DNA of 64,000 nt, taken from assembly GCA_964594455.1 (NCBI GenBank), contig CAZQLY010000007.1, positions 13,586-77,585 on the forward strand. The letters run 5' to 3'. Below, piece by piece: positions 1 through 11,057 of this stretch; the stretch's first letter is position 1; every line of letters begins with the position of its first letter. The position numbers and the translations under genes are program-made. Under the pieces are notes generated by a model, which searched no databases, was not told where the DNA came from, and was given only the letters and a program-made list of their open reading frames with translations. Source of the stretch: an uncultured Gammaproteobacteria bacterium (GTDB lineage: Bacteria; Patescibacteriota; Patescibacteriia; JAHIZJ01).

Positions 1-1079
1 TTGAGACTATTATCCGTGAAGAAATGAATGCTATTGATGGCCAAGAAATCTTTATGCCTGCTTTGCAGCCAAAAGAAGTCTGGGATAAGACGGGCCGCTG
101 GGAAGAGTTATCGGAAATAATGTATCAATTTCCTGATCGTTCCCAACACCCGGTAGGATTGGCCACAACTCACGAAGAAGTATTGACCGAGATCATAAAA
201 AAACATGTTAATTCATATAAAGATCTGCCGAAATATATTTATCAAATCCAAAATAAATATCGTGATGAACCTAGGGCCAAATCAGGATTAATTAGGGGGA
301 GGGAGTTCCTGATGAAAGATCTCTACAGCCTCCATACCAACGAAGAGGATCTAAACGACTATTACGAAAAAGTAAAGCAAGCATATCTAAAAATATATCA
401 CCGCTGCAACTTAGATGTTTTGGTGATTGAAGCATCGGGTGGAGCTTTTACAAAAAAGTATTCGCATGAGTTTACAGTATTGAGCCCAGCAGGCGAAGAT
501 AACGTAATATACTGTGACAAATGCGGTTTTGCCCAAAATACTGAGATCACAAAACTAAAAGTTGGGGACGCTTGCCCAAGATGCCAGGCTAAGTTAAGAA
601 TTGCTAAGGGTATTGAAGTTGGAAATATTTTTAAACTAGGCACCCGATTCAGCGAAGAGCAAAAAGCATTTTATGCTGACGAAAAAGGTCAGACTCATCC
701 AATTATCATGGCTTCGTATGGAATTGGCTTAGGCAGGCTGATGGGGACAATAGTAGAAGTATATAATGACAAGGACGGAATAATTTGGCCTGATTCTGTT
801 GCTCCTTTTAAGGCTCATTTACTTGTCCTGGGAAATGACAATAAATTACTAACCTCAGCCAAAAAAGTATATAATTCTTGCAAAAACAAGGGTATTGATA
901 TACTATTTGATGACCGTGATATAAGTCCCGGCCAGAAATTAAAGGAGTCAGATTTACTCGGTATCCCTTACCGGCTAATAATAAGTACTAAGACTGGCTC
1001 AAAAATTGAGATGAAGAAAAGAGACTCGCAGTCTTCAAAAACGTTATCAGTCACGGAGGCAATTAATAGTATAAAATGA
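1..1079 (+). CDS. proS: proline--tRNA ligase, 5'-truncated at window edge (reading frame open from base 3; ORF table starts at internal Met 24)
   Basis: Frame stays open to window start (..ETIIREEMNAIDGQEIFMPALQPKEVWDKTGRWEE = class II aaRS motif 1 region of ProRS). Cys4 insertion CDKCGF..CPRCQ. C-terminal anticodon-binding-like domain. 4-nt overlap (ATGA) with mreB. Confidence 0.8.
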   Translation, partial: ETIIREEMNAIDGQEIFMPALQPKEVWDKTGRWEELSEIMYQFPDRSQHPVGLATTHEEVLTEIIKKHVNSYKDLPKYIYQIQNKYRDEPRAKSGLIRGREFLMKDLYSLHTNEEDLNDYYEKVKQAYLKIYHRCNLDVLVIEASGGAFTKKYSHEFTVLSPAGEDNVIYCDKCGFAQNTEITKLKVGDACPRCQAKLRIAKGIEVGNIFKLGTRFSEEQKAFYADEKGQTHPIIMASYGIGLGRLMGTIVEVYNDKDGIIWPDSVAPFKAHLLVLGNDNKLLTSAKKVYNSCKNKGIDILFDDRDISPGQKLKESDLLGIPYRLIISTKTGSKIEMKKRDSQSSKTLSVTEAINSIK

Positions 1080-2128
1080 TAAATCTTTTTAACCGCTTCT
1101 TCGGACGGTTTTCAAAAGATATGGGAATTGACCTGGGTACCTCAAATACCCTGGTTTATGTTCAGGATAAGGGCATAGTAATAAACGAGCCTTCAATTGT
1201 TTCAATAAACACCAGAACTGACCAAATAATTGCTGTGGGCGAAGAAGCCCGCAGAATGGTTGGTAAGACTCCATCACATATCATAGCTACTAAAGCTTTG
1301 ATAGATGGTGTGATCTCTGATTTTGAAATTACCGAAAGAATGTTGCGTCATTTTATCGAAAAAGTTCACCGAGAAACCTTTGCTATTCTTCCTAGACCGC
1401 GAATAGTAATCGGAGTGCCTCAGGGAATAACCGAAGTGGAATTAAAGGCGGTTGAGGACGCCACTCTAAATGCCGGAGCCAGACAAGTATTCCTCATCGA
1501 AGAACCAATGGCTGCTGCTATTGGGGCCAGGATGCCAATCCAAGAAGCTTCGGGAAATATGATTGTCGATATTGGTGGCGGTACTACAGAAATCGCCGTA
1601 ATTTCGCTAGGTGGGATAATCACCTGGAGATCTCTGAGAGTCGCTGGAGACGAATTGGATCAAAATATTGTTCAGTATGCCAGGGAAAACTTTAACTTAC
1701 TTTTGGGCGATCAAACTGCTGAAAATATCAAAAGAAAAATTGCCATGGCTGGGGATATTGATACTCCACTGGAAGCCAAGATGAGGGGCCGAGACCTAAT
1801 ATCCGGTTTACCGAGAGAAGTAACTATAAATAGTCACCAAGTTCAAGAGGCGATACAGAGATCAATCAGATTAGTTATAGAAAATATCAAAGATACGATA
1901 GAATCAACACCACCAGAACTGGTGGCAGATATTTTTGAAAGAGGAATAGTGCTCACCGGTGGCGGTGCTCTGCTGCGCGGCTTAGACAGCGTAATTCATC
2001 GTGAAACACAGATACCAGTTCATATTGCTGATGATCCTTTAACTTGTGTGGTCAGGGGAACCGGATTGGTTTTGGATGACCTGGAGAGCTTAAAAGACGT
2101 TTTATCTATATCAACCCACGAGGAATAA
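1076..2128 (+). CDS. mreB: rod shape-determining protein MreB (actin-like ATPase)
   Basis: GIDLGTSNTLVYV phosphate-1 motif, DIGGGTTE phosphate-2, full-length 350 aa. Followed by mreC/mreD/PBP2. Confidence 0.95.
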   Translation: MINLFNRFFGRFSKDMGIDLGTSNTLVYVQDKGIVINEPSIVSINTRTDQIIAVGEEARRMVGKTPSHIIATKALIDGVISDFEITERMLRHFIEKVHRETFAILPRPRIVIGVPQGITEVELKAVEDATLNAGARQVFLIEEPMAAAIGARMPIQEASGNMIVDIGGGTTEIAVISLGGIITWRSLRVAGDELDQNIVQYARENFNLLLGDQTAENIKRKIAMAGDIDTPLEAKMRGRDLISGLPREVTINSHQVQEAIQRSIRLVIENIKDTIESTPPELVADIFERGIVLTGGGALLRGLDSVIHRETQIPVHIADDPLTCVVRGTGLVLDDLESLKDVLSISTHEE

Positions 2129-2131
2129 TAA

Positions 2132-2947
2132 ATGAGGAATAGACTAGTTAGAATAGTTGGATTAATTTCAGCAGTGGCTATACTGCTTGTTTTTTTGGGG
2201 TATCTCGGCTGGCTGAATCCACTACGAGATGGTTTAACTTTTGTCCTGCGTCCTTTACAAAATACTGGTTGGAAAGGCACAAGCTTTATCGACAATTATT
2301 TTGAAAAACGGGACTCTTATGACACGGTGGTATCTGAACGAGATGAACTGATAGAAAAAAATAATGCCTTGCTAAAAGAAAGTTCGGAATTAAAAAAAAC
2401 AATTTCTGATCTCAATATTACAAGAACTGAGCAGGAATTCTTATCAAAAAAAGGGTACGAATACGTATCGGCCCGGGTTATAGCGCGAACTTCTGACAAC
2501 CTAATGGACGAAGTAATAATTAACGTTGGTGAACAAGATAATGTCAAAGAGGGTTTTGCAGTGGTAGCTGAAAATGGATTTTTGATCGGAAAAATCGTAG
2601 CTACCCACCACTCAATATCAAAAGTCCTTCTAATAACAGATAGTAACAGCGAGGTGGCTGCCCAGGTTCAAAATGAGACTGGCGCTCCAGGCATAGTCAC
2701 CGGTCAGTTGGGCCTCTCCCTACGAATGGATTTGATACCACAAAACGAAGTCATTCAAAAAGATCAGTCAGTAATTACTTCCGGCCTTGAGACTAACATA
2801 CCTAAAGGTTTAATCATTGGTGCTATTAATGATATCTCCATAAACCCAGGCGATATTTTCCAGCAAGCATCAATAACCTCTCAAGCCACATTTAGTAAAT
2901 TGGGTATAGTTTCTGTAATTATCCCCCAAACTGTGATAAATGATTAG
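2132..2947 (+). CDS. mreC: rod shape-determining protein MreC
   Basis: N-terminal TM helix, coiled-coil segment, C-terminal beta-rich domain, position directly after mreB. Confidence 0.8.
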   Translation: MRNRLVRIVGLISAVAILLVFLGYLGWLNPLRDGLTFVLRPLQNTGWKGTSFIDNYFEKRDSYDTVVSERDELIEKNNALLKESSELKKTISDLNITRTEQEFLSKKGYEYVSARVIARTSDNLMDEVIINVGEQDNVKEGFAVVAENGFLIGKIVATHHSISKVLLITDSNSEVAAQVQNETGAPGIVTGQLGLSLRMDLIPQNEVIQKDQSVITSGLETNIPKGLIIGAINDISINPGDIFQQASITSQATFSKLGIVSVIIPQTVIND

Positions 2948-3470
2948 ACACACCATAACAATCGTGTCACTGGTTTTACTAGTTGTTTTGCAAACAACAG
3001 TCTTATCACAATTTGAAACCATAGCTAATAATGTAAACATTTTTCTTCTGGCAATCATGTTTTTCTTGCTCGCAACTAAACTCAAATTGTATTTTGTTTG
3101 GACGATAATATTGGGCGTTTTAGCTGATATGTATTCTGGTCTGGGTTTCGGGGTAATCACAATCTCACTTTTAATAACGGCTAGCGTAGCCTATTTGTTG
3201 TATATTAGTTTTTTCTCACATCGCACCAGCCTCTCATTAGTCTTGCTGGTTTCGGTAATGACAGTTATATATACTCTCTCAATCAGTATACTTTCATTTA
3301 TATATTTCTGGCTTAATGCTCATGATATTACTGTTGATTTAAACGCGCATTACTTGCTTTATGTGTTTGAGCAAACGGTCTATACAAGTATCGCTTTTGT
3401 AATACTCTATCTTTTATTTAATAGCGTAATAAAACAGTTCAGAGAAAGATTTATTATTAGTCGCACCTAA
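2940..3470 (+). CDS. mreD: rod shape-determining protein MreD-like polytopic membrane protein
   Basis: 176-aa, 5-6 predicted TM helices, 8-nt overlap with mreC, synteny mreBCD-mrdA. Confidence 0.6.
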   Translation: MIRHTITIVSLVLLVVLQTTVLSQFETIANNVNIFLLAIMFFLLATKLKLYFVWTIILGVLADMYSGLGFGVITISLLITASVAYLLYISFFSHRTSLSLVLLVSVMTVIYTLSISILSFIYFWLNAHDITVDLNAHYLLYVFEQTVYTSIAFVILYLLFNSVIKQFRERFIISRT

Positions 3471-5392
3471 TGAGATACGATCCATTTGAGACATTTGGCA
3501 ATACCGATGATATTAAAAGAAGGGAAGTAAAAGACTTCTCAGCTATTAGACATGCTGGCGAAGAGTATCGTCCTGAAGATGCTGAAGCCCCAAGTATGCG
3601 TCTACATGTATCTTCAAATAAATTGAATCTATATCTGGCTATTGTGCTGATTGGGTTGGGTACACTGATTTTCAGATCAGGTTATTTACAAATTGCCAGA
3701 GGCTCAGCCTATCTTGATATTGCGGAAGAGAATAGGATTAGGATTCAAAGAATAAAAACGCCCCGTGGCCTAATTTACGACCGTAATGGTAAAGTGCTGG
3801 TTCAAAATATTCCTAATTTTACTCTGCAAGTCATACCCTACGACCTACCCGATGATGAGCGGGAGAAGAATAAACTGTTCTCAGATTTAGCTAAATTTCT
3901 TGAAGTTGATAAAAACATTTTTAGTGAAAAACTAGAAGGTGTAGAGGATTATTCAGCTGAGCCAGTTACTATAGTAGAAGGCATAGACATAAAACAAGCC
4001 ATCCAATTAAAAATAAAAACCTACAATCTCCCCGGCATAGTTCTAAACACGGAATCAAATCGGGAATACTTGGGTGGACCCGCCTTTTCACATATATTAG
4101 GATATGTCGGTAAAATCACCGAAGAAGAGAAGCAAGCTTTACTGGCAGCCAATTATTTACTAGATGATCAGACTGGTAAAACAGGTCTAGAACAAAGTTA
4201 TGAAAATACTCTGAGGGGTGAATATGGCAGAAACCAGGTTGAAGTGGATTCATTTGGCAAGGTAAAAAAGATCGTCGCCTCAGAAGATCCTGTTCTTGGC
4301 CGTAATTTAAATTTGTCGATCGATTTCAGCTATCAAAATAAGCTTCAAGAGCTGCTAGATACTCAGGTAGATAATCTTGGTTCAACTGGGGGTGTAGCTA
4401 TTGCCTTAGACCCTAGAAATGGTGAAGTTCTGGCAATGGTAAATTCTCCAACTTACGATAACAATATTTTTACAGGATCTATTAGCACAGAGGAATATGA
4501 AAAGTTGGTTAATGACCCAAAAAAACCTTTATTCAATCGTTCTTTAACCGGAGAATACCCATCTGGCTCAACTATAAAGCCATTAATAGCGGGATCAGCA
4601 TTGGCCGAAGGTGTGATCACACCACAGACCCAAATTTTGAGTACTGGTGGCATTCGAATTGATAAATGGTTCTTTCCCGATTGGCAAGCTGGCGGACATG
4701 GAGCTACAAATCTAGCTAAGGCGATCGCTCAGTCCGTAAACACTTATTTTTATGCTATCGGTGGTGGTTATGAGGATCAAGAGGGCTTGGGGGTCCAAAA
4801 GATTAAAGAGTACGCCGATCGTTTCGGATTTGGAAAAGCTCTCGGAATAGATTTACCAAACGAGTCCACCGGTTTCCTCCCGGACAAAGAATGGAAAGAA
4901 AGAGTTAAAGGTGAGCCTTGGTATATTGGAGATACTTATCACTTAGCAATTGGTCAAGGCGACCTCTTAGTCACCCCATTGCAGATAGCAAATTTGACAG
5001 CCACGTTTGCTAATGGCGGAACTGTTTATATTCCTCATGTGGTTCAATCAATTTCCGACCCCATCACTAACGAAATAGAGTATCAAGACATTCAAAAGCT
5101 ATCCGATCAAGTAATACCTTTATCAGATATTAACGCTGTTAATACTGGCTTGCGCGAAGCTGTAATCTCAGGCAGTGCCCGATCATTATCAAGCTTAAGC
5201 GTTCCTGTGGCTGGCAAAACTGGAACGGCTCAATTCGCTTCAGATAAAACACACGCCTGGTTCACAGGATTTGCTCCCTATGATAATCCAGAAATAGTCA
5301 TTACGGTTTTGATAGAGGGTGGTGGTGAAGGCCACTCCGCAGCCCTGCCAGTCGCCAAAGATTTTCTTACCTGGTACTACGGTAATTTATAA
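3470..5392 (+). CDS. mrdA: penicillin-binding protein 2 (peptidoglycan D,D-transpeptidase)
   Basis: N-terminal TM anchor, PBP dimerisation domain, transpeptidase motifs SGSTIKP (SxxK), SVN (SxN), KTGTA (KTG). Start overlaps mreD stop (TAATG). Confidence 0.85.
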   Translation: MRYDPFETFGNTDDIKRREVKDFSAIRHAGEEYRPEDAEAPSMRLHVSSNKLNLYLAIVLIGLGTLIFRSGYLQIARGSAYLDIAEENRIRIQRIKTPRGLIYDRNGKVLVQNIPNFTLQVIPYDLPDDEREKNKLFSDLAKFLEVDKNIFSEKLEGVEDYSAEPVTIVEGIDIKQAIQLKIKTYNLPGIVLNTESNREYLGGPAFSHILGYVGKITEEEKQALLAANYLLDDQTGKTGLEQSYENTLRGEYGRNQVEVDSFGKVKKIVASEDPVLGRNLNLSIDFSYQNKLQELLDTQVDNLGSTGGVAIALDPRNGEVLAMVNSPTYDNNIFTGSISTEEYEKLVNDPKKPLFNRSLTGEYPSGSTIKPLIAGSALAEGVITPQTQILSTGGIRIDKWFFPDWQAGGHGATNLAKAIAQSVNTYFYAIGGGYEDQEGLGVQKIKEYADRFGFGKALGIDLPNESTGFLPDKEWKERVKGEPWYIGDTYHLAIGQGDLLVTPLQIANLTATFANGGTVYIPHVVQSISDPITNEIEYQDIQKLSDQVIPLSDINAVNTGLREAVISGSARSLSSLSVPVAGKTGTAQFASDKTHAWFTGFAPYDNPEIVITVLIEGGGEGHSAALPVAKDFLTWYYGNL

Positions 5393-5483
5393 TTACTGTG
5401 GATAACTGATTTGACACAATACCCTTATTTTATTAGTTTTACACCAGTTTCGTTTACTCGGGGGGATTTTTAATTAGTTTTAT

Positions 5484-5957
5484 ATGACTGACAAACAAGA
5501 ATACATTACCAAAGAAGGTTTAGAAAAATTAAAGAAAGAATTGGCTTACCTGAAGACGGAAAAAAGGAGAGAAATAGCCAATCGTATTCGTGATGCTAAG
5601 GAGTTGGGTGATTTATCAGAGAACGCCGAATACGCTGAAGCCAAGAATGAACAATCTTTTATCGAAGGCCGTATTATCCAACTAGAAAACCTTCTCAAAA
5701 ACGTCACCGTGATTACCTCTAATTCAAAGACTAAATCCAATGGAGTGGTTACTGTTGGCTCAAAACTATTACTAAAGACTGTTGATAAAGACGTAGAATA
5801 TACCATTGTCGGATCAAATGAAGCCGATCCAGAGAAGGGATTCATATCAAATGAATCGCCTTTGGGGCGAGCTTTTATAGGTAAAAAAGTCAATGACGAC
5901 GTTGAGGTGGCTGTACCAGCCGGTACTGTGGAATACCGTATTTTGGAAATAAAATAG
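5484..5957 (+). CDS. greA: transcription elongation factor GreA
   Basis: 157 aa, N-terminal coiled-coil with acidic tip (DLSENAEYAEAK), C-terminal FKBP-like domain. Confidence 0.9.
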   Translation: MTDKQEYITKEGLEKLKKELAYLKTEKRREIANRIRDAKELGDLSENAEYAEAKNEQSFIEGRIIQLENLLKNVTVITSNSKTKSNGVVTVGSKLLLKTVDKDVEYTIVGSNEADPEKGFISNESPLGRAFIGKKVNDDVEVAVPAGTVEYRILEIK

Positions 5958-5965
5958 AAATTATC

Positions 5966-5997
5966 AAAAAGAGCTAAAAGCAGAAGGCTCTTTTTTG
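5966..5997 (+). terminator. intrinsic terminator after greA
   Basis: Hairpin agagc-N12-gctct followed by TTTTTT. Confidence 0.5.
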
Positions 5998-6041
5998 ATT
6001 TTAGGCCTAAAAATTGCTATACTTCTAGCGATATTAACTTT

Positions 6042-7508
6042 ATGAGCAGACTCGAAGAAACCAGAAATATACGTCTGGAAAAACTTAAGAAACTGGAGCA
6101 ACTGGGCATAAATGCCTATCCCAGCCAAACCAATCGCACGCACGCAATAAAGGAAGTGCTGGATGGTTTTAATAGCCTGACTAAGTCCAAGAAAAAGGTA
6201 ACGGTTTGCGGTCGACTTAAATCTATTAGAAAGCACGGTGCCTCTTGCTTTGCTGATATTCAGGATAGTACTGGTCAAATCCAGATGTTTATTAGAAAAG
6301 ATGGGGTAGGAGAAAAAAGCTATAAAATTTTTACCGAATTATTTGACCCGAGCGACATTATCGAAGCAACTGGTTTAGCTTTTAATACCAAGAAGGGTGA
6401 AAAGACTGTTCTGGTAAAAAAAGTATCAATGCTGTCAAAAGCCTTGCTGACTATACCAGAAGACCACTATGGCTTAAAAGACATTGAAACTATTCTTAGA
6501 AAAAGATATCTTGACCTGGCTGTTAATCAGGGAACTCGAGACTTATTTATCAAAAAATCAATTTTCTGGAAAACAGTACGGGACTTCATGATCAAAAGTG
6601 ATTTTCTGGAAGTAGAAACACCGATCTTAGAAAGGGTTCCGGGTGGTGCCGAAGCTGAGCCTTTTGTGACGCACCATAATGCCCTGGATCAAGATTTCTA
6701 TCTGCGTATCTCGTTGGAATTACCGCTGAAACGTCTTTTGGTGGGTGGCTATGAAAAAGTTTTTGAAATTGGCCGGATATTCAGAAACGAAGGTATATCC
6801 CACGAACATCTCCAAGATTACACCCAGATGGAGTTCTATTGGGCTTATGCTGAATACAATGCTCTTATGAAATTTGTTGAAAAGTTGTTTAAAGAGATTG
6901 TAAAAAACGTTCACGGCAAGCACAAAGTTAAAAGTTACGGGAAAGAAATTGACTTCTCGGCCAAATGGAAGGTATACGATTACTTTAAACTGTTCAAAGA
7001 AAATACCGGTCTAGACCTGGCATCAACAAATATGGCTGAATTGAAAAGTAAGGCTAAGGCCTTGGGCATTAAACTGGAGTCATTCGCTGGAGAGGGAAGA
7101 GTGATTGATGCTATATACAAAAAAGCTGTTCGACCAAAACTAATCGAGCCAGGATTTTTAATCAACCCGCCGGTAGAAATTGAGCTACTTGCTAAGCGCT
7201 TGCCAGATAATCCAAAACGCGTCCAAAGAATGCAGGTTGTGGCTTGGGGTACTGAATTAGGCAAGGGTTTTTCTGAGTTAAATGACCCAGTTGATCAAAG
7301 AAGGCGTTTCGAAGAACAAATGAAACTGCGCCAGAAAGGCGATAAAGAAGCCCAGCAGCTGGATAGCGATTACGTTGAGGCTATGGAATACGGAATGCCG
7401 CCAAATGCGGGATTTGGCATGTCAGAGCGGTTCTTTGCTGTTTTGATGGATCGGCCAATCAGAGAGACGGTAATTTTTCCACCAATGAAAGTAGAAAAAA
7501 ATGATTGA
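6042..7508 (+). CDS. lysS: lysine--tRNA ligase, class II
   Basis: N-terminal OB anticodon-binding domain, class II motifs (FRNEGIS.HEHL, GGAEAEPF..), 488 aa. Confidence 0.9.
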   Translation: MSRLEETRNIRLEKLKKLEQLGINAYPSQTNRTHAIKEVLDGFNSLTKSKKKVTVCGRLKSIRKHGASCFADIQDSTGQIQMFIRKDGVGEKSYKIFTELFDPSDIIEATGLAFNTKKGEKTVLVKKVSMLSKALLTIPEDHYGLKDIETILRKRYLDLAVNQGTRDLFIKKSIFWKTVRDFMIKSDFLEVETPILERVPGGAEAEPFVTHHNALDQDFYLRISLELPLKRLLVGGYEKVFEIGRIFRNEGISHEHLQDYTQMEFYWAYAEYNALMKFVEKLFKEIVKNVHGKHKVKSYGKEIDFSAKWKVYDYFKLFKENTGLDLASTNMAELKSKAKALGIKLESFAGEGRVIDAIYKKAVRPKLIEPGFLINPPVEIELLAKRLPDNPKRVQRMQVVAWGTELGKGFSELNDPVDQRRRFEEQMKLRQKGDKEAQQLDSDYVEAMEYGMPPNAGFGMSERFFAVLMDRPIRETVIFPPMKVEKND

Positions 7509-8766
7509 TATTAAATTAATAAAAGACAGTCCAGAAGTAGTAATTGAAGCGATGAAAAAACGAGGCGTTAAGTTTGATTTGGATGAAATATTAAGCCTGG
7601 ATAAGCAGCGCCGTGACAAAATTCAAAAGATAGAAGATATTAGAAACAGGCAAAATGAAGCCAGCAATATGATTAGCAAGTTAAAAGGTAAAGATAAGGA
7701 GGAAGTTGTTGCTGAGCTTCGTCCTTTGGTCCAAAAAGAGAAGGTACTCAAAGCGGAGCTGGACATTATAGAAGAAAAATACAATAAGATTCTGATGTCA
7801 CTGCCCAATATCACTAAACCTGATGTAAAAGAAGGAAAATCTGATGCAGACAATGAATTAATAAAAGAGGTTGGTAAAAAAAGGGAATTCGACTTTGAAC
7901 CAAAGGATTATTTAACTATCGGAGAAAAACTTGATTTAATAGACATTAAAAGAGCCGCCAAAGTTTCCGGCAGCCGCTTTGGGTATCTAAAGAATGGCGC
8001 GGCTCGCTTGGAAATGGCCTTGGTTCAATACGCGTTTGATACGCTGGCCGAGCATGGTTTCCATCACGTTGTGCCGCCGGTTTTTATTTCCGAGGAAGCT
8101 ATGGAAGGAATGGGTTATATCGCTGGCGGAGGGGAACAAGAAACATATCATTTCAAAAAAGATAAACTCTACCTGGTAGGCACTTCTGAGCAGTCAATCG
8201 GTCCCATGCACATGAAAGAGATCTTCAATGAAAAAGATTTACCTGTCAGATATGTCGGTTTTTCTAGCTGTTTCCGTCGTGAAGCCGGCAGCTACGGAAA
8301 AGACACTCGGGGAATAATTCGGGTCCATCAATTTGATAAAGTAGAAATGTTTTCCTACTGCCACCCAGATAAATCAGACGAGGAGCAAGAATTCATGCTC
8401 AAGGTTCAGGAAGATTTTGTTCAATCCCTGGATCTGCATTATCGGGTAGTTAAGGCTTGTACTCGTGACACCAGCTATCCATCAGCCAGGACCTATGATT
8501 TAGAATGCTGGATTCCTTCAGAAAAAACTTATCGAGAAACTCATTCCACTTCAAACTGCACTGATTACCAAGCGCGCCGGTTAAAAGTAAGATATAAATC
8601 AAAGCAGGGCAATAAATTTGTTCATACTTTGAATGGAACGGCTTTTGCTATCGGAAGAATACTGGTTGCTATATTAGAAAATCATCAGCAAAAAGACGGA
8701 TCAGTTAAGATACCAAAAGTACTCCAGCAATACGTTAATTTTAATACTCTAGCCAGTCAAAAATAG
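7501..8766 (+). CDS. serS: serine--tRNA ligase
   Basis: N-terminal coiled-coil tRNA-binding arm, class II motif 2 FSSCFRREAGSYGKDTRGIIRVHQFDKVE, motif 3 near C-terminus. 8-nt overlap with lysS. Confidence 0.9.
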   Translation: MIDIKLIKDSPEVVIEAMKKRGVKFDLDEILSLDKQRRDKIQKIEDIRNRQNEASNMISKLKGKDKEEVVAELRPLVQKEKVLKAELDIIEEKYNKILMSLPNITKPDVKEGKSDADNELIKEVGKKREFDFEPKDYLTIGEKLDLIDIKRAAKVSGSRFGYLKNGAARLEMALVQYAFDTLAEHGFHHVVPPVFISEEAMEGMGYIAGGGEQETYHFKKDKLYLVGTSEQSIGPMHMKEIFNEKDLPVRYVGFSSCFRREAGSYGKDTRGIIRVHQFDKVEMFSYCHPDKSDEEQEFMLKVQEDFVQSLDLHYRVVKACTRDTSYPSARTYDLECWIPSEKTYRETHSTSNCTDYQARRLKVRYKSKQGNKFVHTLNGTAFAIGRILVAILENHQQKDGSVKIPKVLQQYVNFNTLASQK

Positions 8767-8768
8767 AT

Positions 8769-9908
8769 ATGAAGAATAATAATTTGACTTGGGTTGAGAT
8801 CAGCCAGTCAGCACTGGTTCATAATCTCCAAAATTTTCGAAAACTACTGCCCCGGAGTATTTCACTAATGCCGATAATAAAAAGCAATGCCTATGGGCAT
8901 GGCCTTTTTGAAACCGCCAAAATAATTCAAACTAAATCAGATATCATTGGCGTTGTCTCGGCTGACGAGGCACTGACTCTGAGAAAGAAAAATATTCGAA
9001 AAAAAATAATAGCCTTGAGTTATTTCAATCCTGAGGATGTGGAAATAGCTGTTAGGCAAAACATCATTTTACCGGTTTACTCATACACCATGGCCCAGCA
9101 GATATCCCGAGCCGCTAAAAAAATAAAGAAACGAGCAGTTGTACATATAAAGATTGACGTCGGCACATCCCGTCTAGGCGTGCTAGCAGAAAACGCCTTG
9201 GGTTTTGCCCGCCGAATCAACAAGTTGCCCAATTTAAAAATCGAAGGCATCTATTCTCATTTAGCGGATTCGGAAAATTTTAACCAGCGTTTTACAAACT
9301 TGCAAATAAAAATATTCACCAAAACAGTGGAACTGCTTGAACAAGATGGTTTTAAGTTTAAATACCAGCACTTAGCCTGTTCGGCCGCCACGCTTATTAA
9401 CCCCAAATCAAGGTTTAATCTGGTCAGAATTGGGATAAGCTTATACGGACTCTGGCCATCAAACGAAACCAAAAAACTTTATCATAATAAATTTAACAGC
9501 TTCAGTCTCAAGCCAGTCCTGTCTTGGCACACCAGGATTATTCATATCAAAGAAATTCCCAAGAACAGCTCTATTGGATATGGCTGTACTTTTGTCACCA
9601 AGAAGAAAACAACTATTGCCATATTGCCTGTGGGGTACTGGGATGGCTATGATAGAAAAAACTCCAATCGATCATCTGTTTTATTGCGTAATAAACGAGT
9701 CAAAATAATTGGTCGTGTTTGCATGAATATGGTTATACTTGATGTGACAGCTATCAATAAACCCAGAGTAGGGGAGCTAATAACTTTAATCGGAAATCAG
9801 GGACGGGAAACAATCTCTGCTGACGAGCTGGCACAAAACACTGGCACTATAAATTACGAAGTTGTTACTCGGATAAATCCTTTGCTGCCTCGAGTCATAA
9901 CTCATTAG
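8769..9908 (+). CDS. alr: alanine racemase (PLP-dependent)
   Basis: PLP-lysine motif IIKSNAYGHG, TIM-barrel N-domain plus C-terminal beta domain, adjacent to ddl. Confidence 0.85.
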   Translation: MKNNNLTWVEISQSALVHNLQNFRKLLPRSISLMPIIKSNAYGHGLFETAKIIQTKSDIIGVVSADEALTLRKKNIRKKIIALSYFNPEDVEIAVRQNIILPVYSYTMAQQISRAAKKIKKRAVVHIKIDVGTSRLGVLAENALGFARRINKLPNLKIEGIYSHLADSENFNQRFTNLQIKIFTKTVELLEQDGFKFKYQHLACSAATLINPKSRFNLVRIGISLYGLWPSNETKKLYHNKFNSFSLKPVLSWHTRIIHIKEIPKNSSIGYGCTFVTKKKTTIAILPVGYWDGYDRKNSNRSSVLLRNKRVKIIGRVCMNMVILDVTAINKPRVGELITLIGNQGRETISADELAQNTGTINYEVVTRINPLLPRVITH

Positions 9909-9923
9909 CGTTTTGCGACACAT

Positions 9924-11057
9924 ATGAATAATTCAACTAACAAAATTAAGGTCGGTGTAATATTTGGTGGACGATCTGGTGAACACGAAGTTTCTTTAGT
10001 TTCTGCTCAGTCAGTTATCAAAACGCTGGATAGAAATAAATATGATGTGATTCCAATCGGCATTTCTAAACAGGGGCTGTGGCTAACTGGCAATGACGCT
10101 ATGAAGTATCTTAAGACTGGTCAAGGGGAAAATATCAGCCAAAATTTCATCTCTCCGGAACCTGATACCAAAGAAATAGTAAAAGTACTAAATAATAAGC
10201 CAAAGACTATACAGAAGCTATTAGACGTCGTTTTTCCCTTATTACACGGGCCCTATGGTGAAGATGGGGCAATCCAAGGCCTATTTGAACTATCTGATCT
10301 GCCATATGTTGGGGCCGGAGTTCTAGCCTCGGCCTGTGGAATGGATAAAGCGATAATGAAAGCTCTGTTTGAAAAGGCTGGATTACCAATTGGCAATTAT
10401 ATTTCATTTACTCATCATGAATGGTCTAAAAATATATCCTTTTATCAAAATGAGATTAAAGAAAAGATAAAATTCCCTTTATTCACAAAACCTGCAAATC
10501 TAGGTTCCAGCGTCGGCATTATGAAGTGCCATGATGAATCAGAATTGAAGTCAGGCGTAGAAGAAGCCTTTAAATTTGATCGAAAGGTGGTGATCGAGGA
10601 AAACATAGTCGGCCGAGAAATAGAATGTTCGGTTTTGGGTAATAATGAACCAAAAGCATCATTACCCGGAGAGGTTAAGCCTAAACGCGAATTTTATGAC
10701 TATGAGGCTAAATACGTAACAGGCGATTCAGACTTGATAATACCTGCCAAACTTACTGATCAGGAAGTCTCGGAAATACAAAAATTAGCTATTAAGACTT
10801 TTAAATCAATTGATTGTTCTGGCTTGGCCAGAGTCGATTTCTTTATTAAAGAGGATGGCCAAATTGTGGTTAATGAAATCAATACCATGCCGGGATTTAC
10901 TTCCATCAGTATGTATCCCAAACTTTGGGAAGTCTCAGGCCTGCCTTATGCTTCTTTATTAGATGAGCTTATTGAGCTGGCCTTAGAAAGGCATGAAGAA
11001 AAGAAAAAACTGAATAGCTCAATTAAGCTTGATAACGACTGGTACAATAAATCATGA
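9924..11057 (+). CDS. ddl: D-alanine--D-alanine ligase
   Basis: ATP-grasp fold. Motifs GGRSGEHEVS, HGPYGEDGAIQG, NEINTMPGFT. 377 aa. Confidence 0.9.
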   Translation: MNNSTNKIKVGVIFGGRSGEHEVSLVSAQSVIKTLDRNKYDVIPIGISKQGLWLTGNDAMKYLKTGQGENISQNFISPEPDTKEIVKVLNNKPKTIQKLLDVVFPLLHGPYGEDGAIQGLFELSDLPYVGAGVLASACGMDKAIMKALFEKAGLPIGNYISFTHHEWSKNISFYQNEIKEKIKFPLFTKPANLGSSVGIMKCHDESELKSGVEEAFKFDRKVVIEENIVGREIECSVLGNNEPKASLPGEVKPKREFYDYEAKYVTGDSDLIIPAKLTDQEVSEIQKLAIKTFKSIDCSGLARVDFFIKEDGQIVVNEINTMPGFTSISMYPKLWEVSGLPYASLLDELIELALERHEEKKKLNSSIKLDNDWYNKS